Source of the DNA: Chara braunii
Taxonomy: Eukaryota; Plantae; Charophyceae
Assembly (NCBI GenBank): GCA_003427395.1
Contig: BFEA01000016.1
Coordinates: 3,488,115-3,551,808, forward strand
Direction: 5' to 3'
DNA: 63,694 nucleotides
Below are positions 61,746 through 63,694 of the stretch, piece after piece; position 1 is the stretch's first letter, and every line of letters begins with the position of its first letter. The notes under the pieces were generated by a model. It did not search any database, was not told the DNA's origin, and worked only from the letters and a program-made list of their open reading frames with translations. Made by a program: the position numbers and the translations under genes.

Positions 61746-62401
61746 GGATTTTCACGACAGTGGAACCAAAATCAAAGCAGCTTTAGTCCTATTGCAGACA
61801 ACGAAACACACTTGAGTTGATACATTCCAACAATGAAACAGTCTTACCTCTATAGAAAGCAACATGGAGCACAATAAGTCCCTTTGTTTGTCAACTATGT
61901 TTACTTTGACATCCAATCCAGCCTAAAAGTAAACAATCTGCCACAAGTAACCAAAAAAGTTTTTGCTTTGAGGTACCCCTTTCATTTGTTCTTGTAGCTC
62001 AAGTTCACCGAGAATGAGTTGAGTCAATTCTCATATATGAATCACCCTTCTGCCTTAAATGTTAAATAACAGAGGCCTCTGCTTCCTGTTGCGCCTTTGG
62101 CTCCACTCTGGCGATAGATCAGAAGCGAAGCGTCTGCTCGAGTACAAATGCGGGTGCTGCCTCCAGCAAGCAGTTTCGGAGTTTGAGCGTCCACTTTGGC
62201 TTTTACAATGCATCTCACGTAGAACGCTGGCCGCGTTGATTGTGGTTGAGCACCACCTGCCCGGTGCCCACACCCCTGTGTGCCTTAACGGCGCACTTGC
62301 ACTTTATGAAAGGAGGAATAGTAAAGGGGGAGTTATTCTCCTGGTCATTTTTCTTCAGATCTTGAGCTTGAATGTTCTCTTAAACCAGTCTGTTCTCTTA
62401 A

Positions 62402-62602
62402 ACCACCAGTAGTTGGCCCAGCTATCGGCCGCGGTGCTTTCCCGTTAACGCGTCGCGCCTTTAGGGCTTCGGGGTACCGGACCACCATGGCTGGAAGCAC
62501 CAGCCAAAAAAAAATCAAAACGGTACCCTGGTGCTTCGGCAAAAATCGGCATGCAGGGGCATTCCGGGCTCGGCATCGATGGCTGGGCCAAGAACTGGTG
62601 GT
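62402..62602. mobile_element. TTAA-flanked MITE, second copy (inverted)
   Basis: TTAA|ACCACCAGT...ACTGGTGGT|TTAA. Confidence 0.85.
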
Positions 62603-63618
62603 TTAATGATGCATTCGTATGCATGCACTAGCTGTACACAAGAGGTGGAGTTCTATACGGAGTAAGGGGCAGGGGAGGGGAAAAAGGGTAGAGGGCAGAA
62701 AGTGGAGTGGCAAAGGACAGAACAGAGATATGACAAACTTCATGAGGTTCTCAATACTCACCGCTGGAGTGTACTTTACGAGGGGCCAGTCAGTGTTTGG
62801 GTTGCAGAGCATTTGGAGTTAGGGAACAGCTGGCCAGCCCTACGACAAGGACAGGACCGGTTGGGGTGTGGACTGCGGATGCACGGCATCCAATTCTTGC
62901 AGTTGCAGTAGCTGCATCAAATGGCAGGCGTAGACAGATGTTGCAGGGTATGTGGCCCTTACACGCTAGGAACACAGAGGCACACGGACCGGAATTGTAG
63001 AGGCATTGCCGTTCCAGCCCATGTCTACAAATTGGACATGACATGTCAGGGTGTTGTATGTGAGTTCAGTATCGACTGCCATCATCCGTATGAAGGAAAA
63101 ATTCACATGGGCTATCACTTCACAATCCTCACAGCGGAAGGCATGTGAACCACCGAACCTAAGGTGGGTCACCACAGAGCGGCATTGAGCAGGTTTCTTG
63201 GGTTTCAACAATATTAATTCCATCTGTGTGGGCAGACGACGACGCGGATTGATCGAGAGCAAGGGTGTTTAGCTGCTGCAGGATTTGGTCTGCAACAACT
63301 CGCCTTGGTGGTGACAACCTTTTAGTACAATGCGGCATACGTGGTTCATATGGTTGTCTGCTGTTGCATCTGACGTTCATATTGCAAGGAAATAGGAAAT
63401 TTGTCTGTGGTTGCACGGATGATGGCATTGGAATAGTCCACACAGTAGAGACACATGCTTTCTATGACAGATTCCTGGAACCATTGACAACACATGGCAT
63501 GTTGCTGGCAAGTCAGCATGCATGAAGCTCAAAACTGTTCTCGATGTTTTTATTATTATTATATATACAAAATTGAATTTGATACAAGCTGTTATTGTCA
63601 GGATCTCGAACAGGTAAC

Positions 63619-63694
<76 letters not shown>

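Overview
Repeat-rich eukaryotic nuclear DNA from a draft scaffold (N gaps, abundant (GA)n/(CA)n, and three Nextera mate-pair junction adapters left in the assembly). A plant-type U6 fragment and plant-type mitochondrial genes suggest a streptophyte or other green-lineage organism. One host gene can be reconstructed: a + strand half-size ABCG transporter with an N-terminal Cys-rich domain (ADP1-like). It has six phase-compatible GT-AG exons from 4181 to 45239, and its start lies upstream or was not found. Its 2-12.6 kb introns and flanks hold nested hAT-like MITEs, decayed LINEs, foldback elements, two tRNA-bearing mitochondrial insertions and a U6 retro-copy. The most notable signal is a small non-coding retroposon-like system carrying a type III hammerhead ribozyme. 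One intact ribozyme lies at 1618-1699. Five same-strand copies share one fixed 3' end with staggered 5' truncations and sit in TA-rich targets. A divergent, covarying sister ribozyme sits inside a (CA)n tract at 13179-13235. All alignments and foldings were done by eye; no database searches were run.
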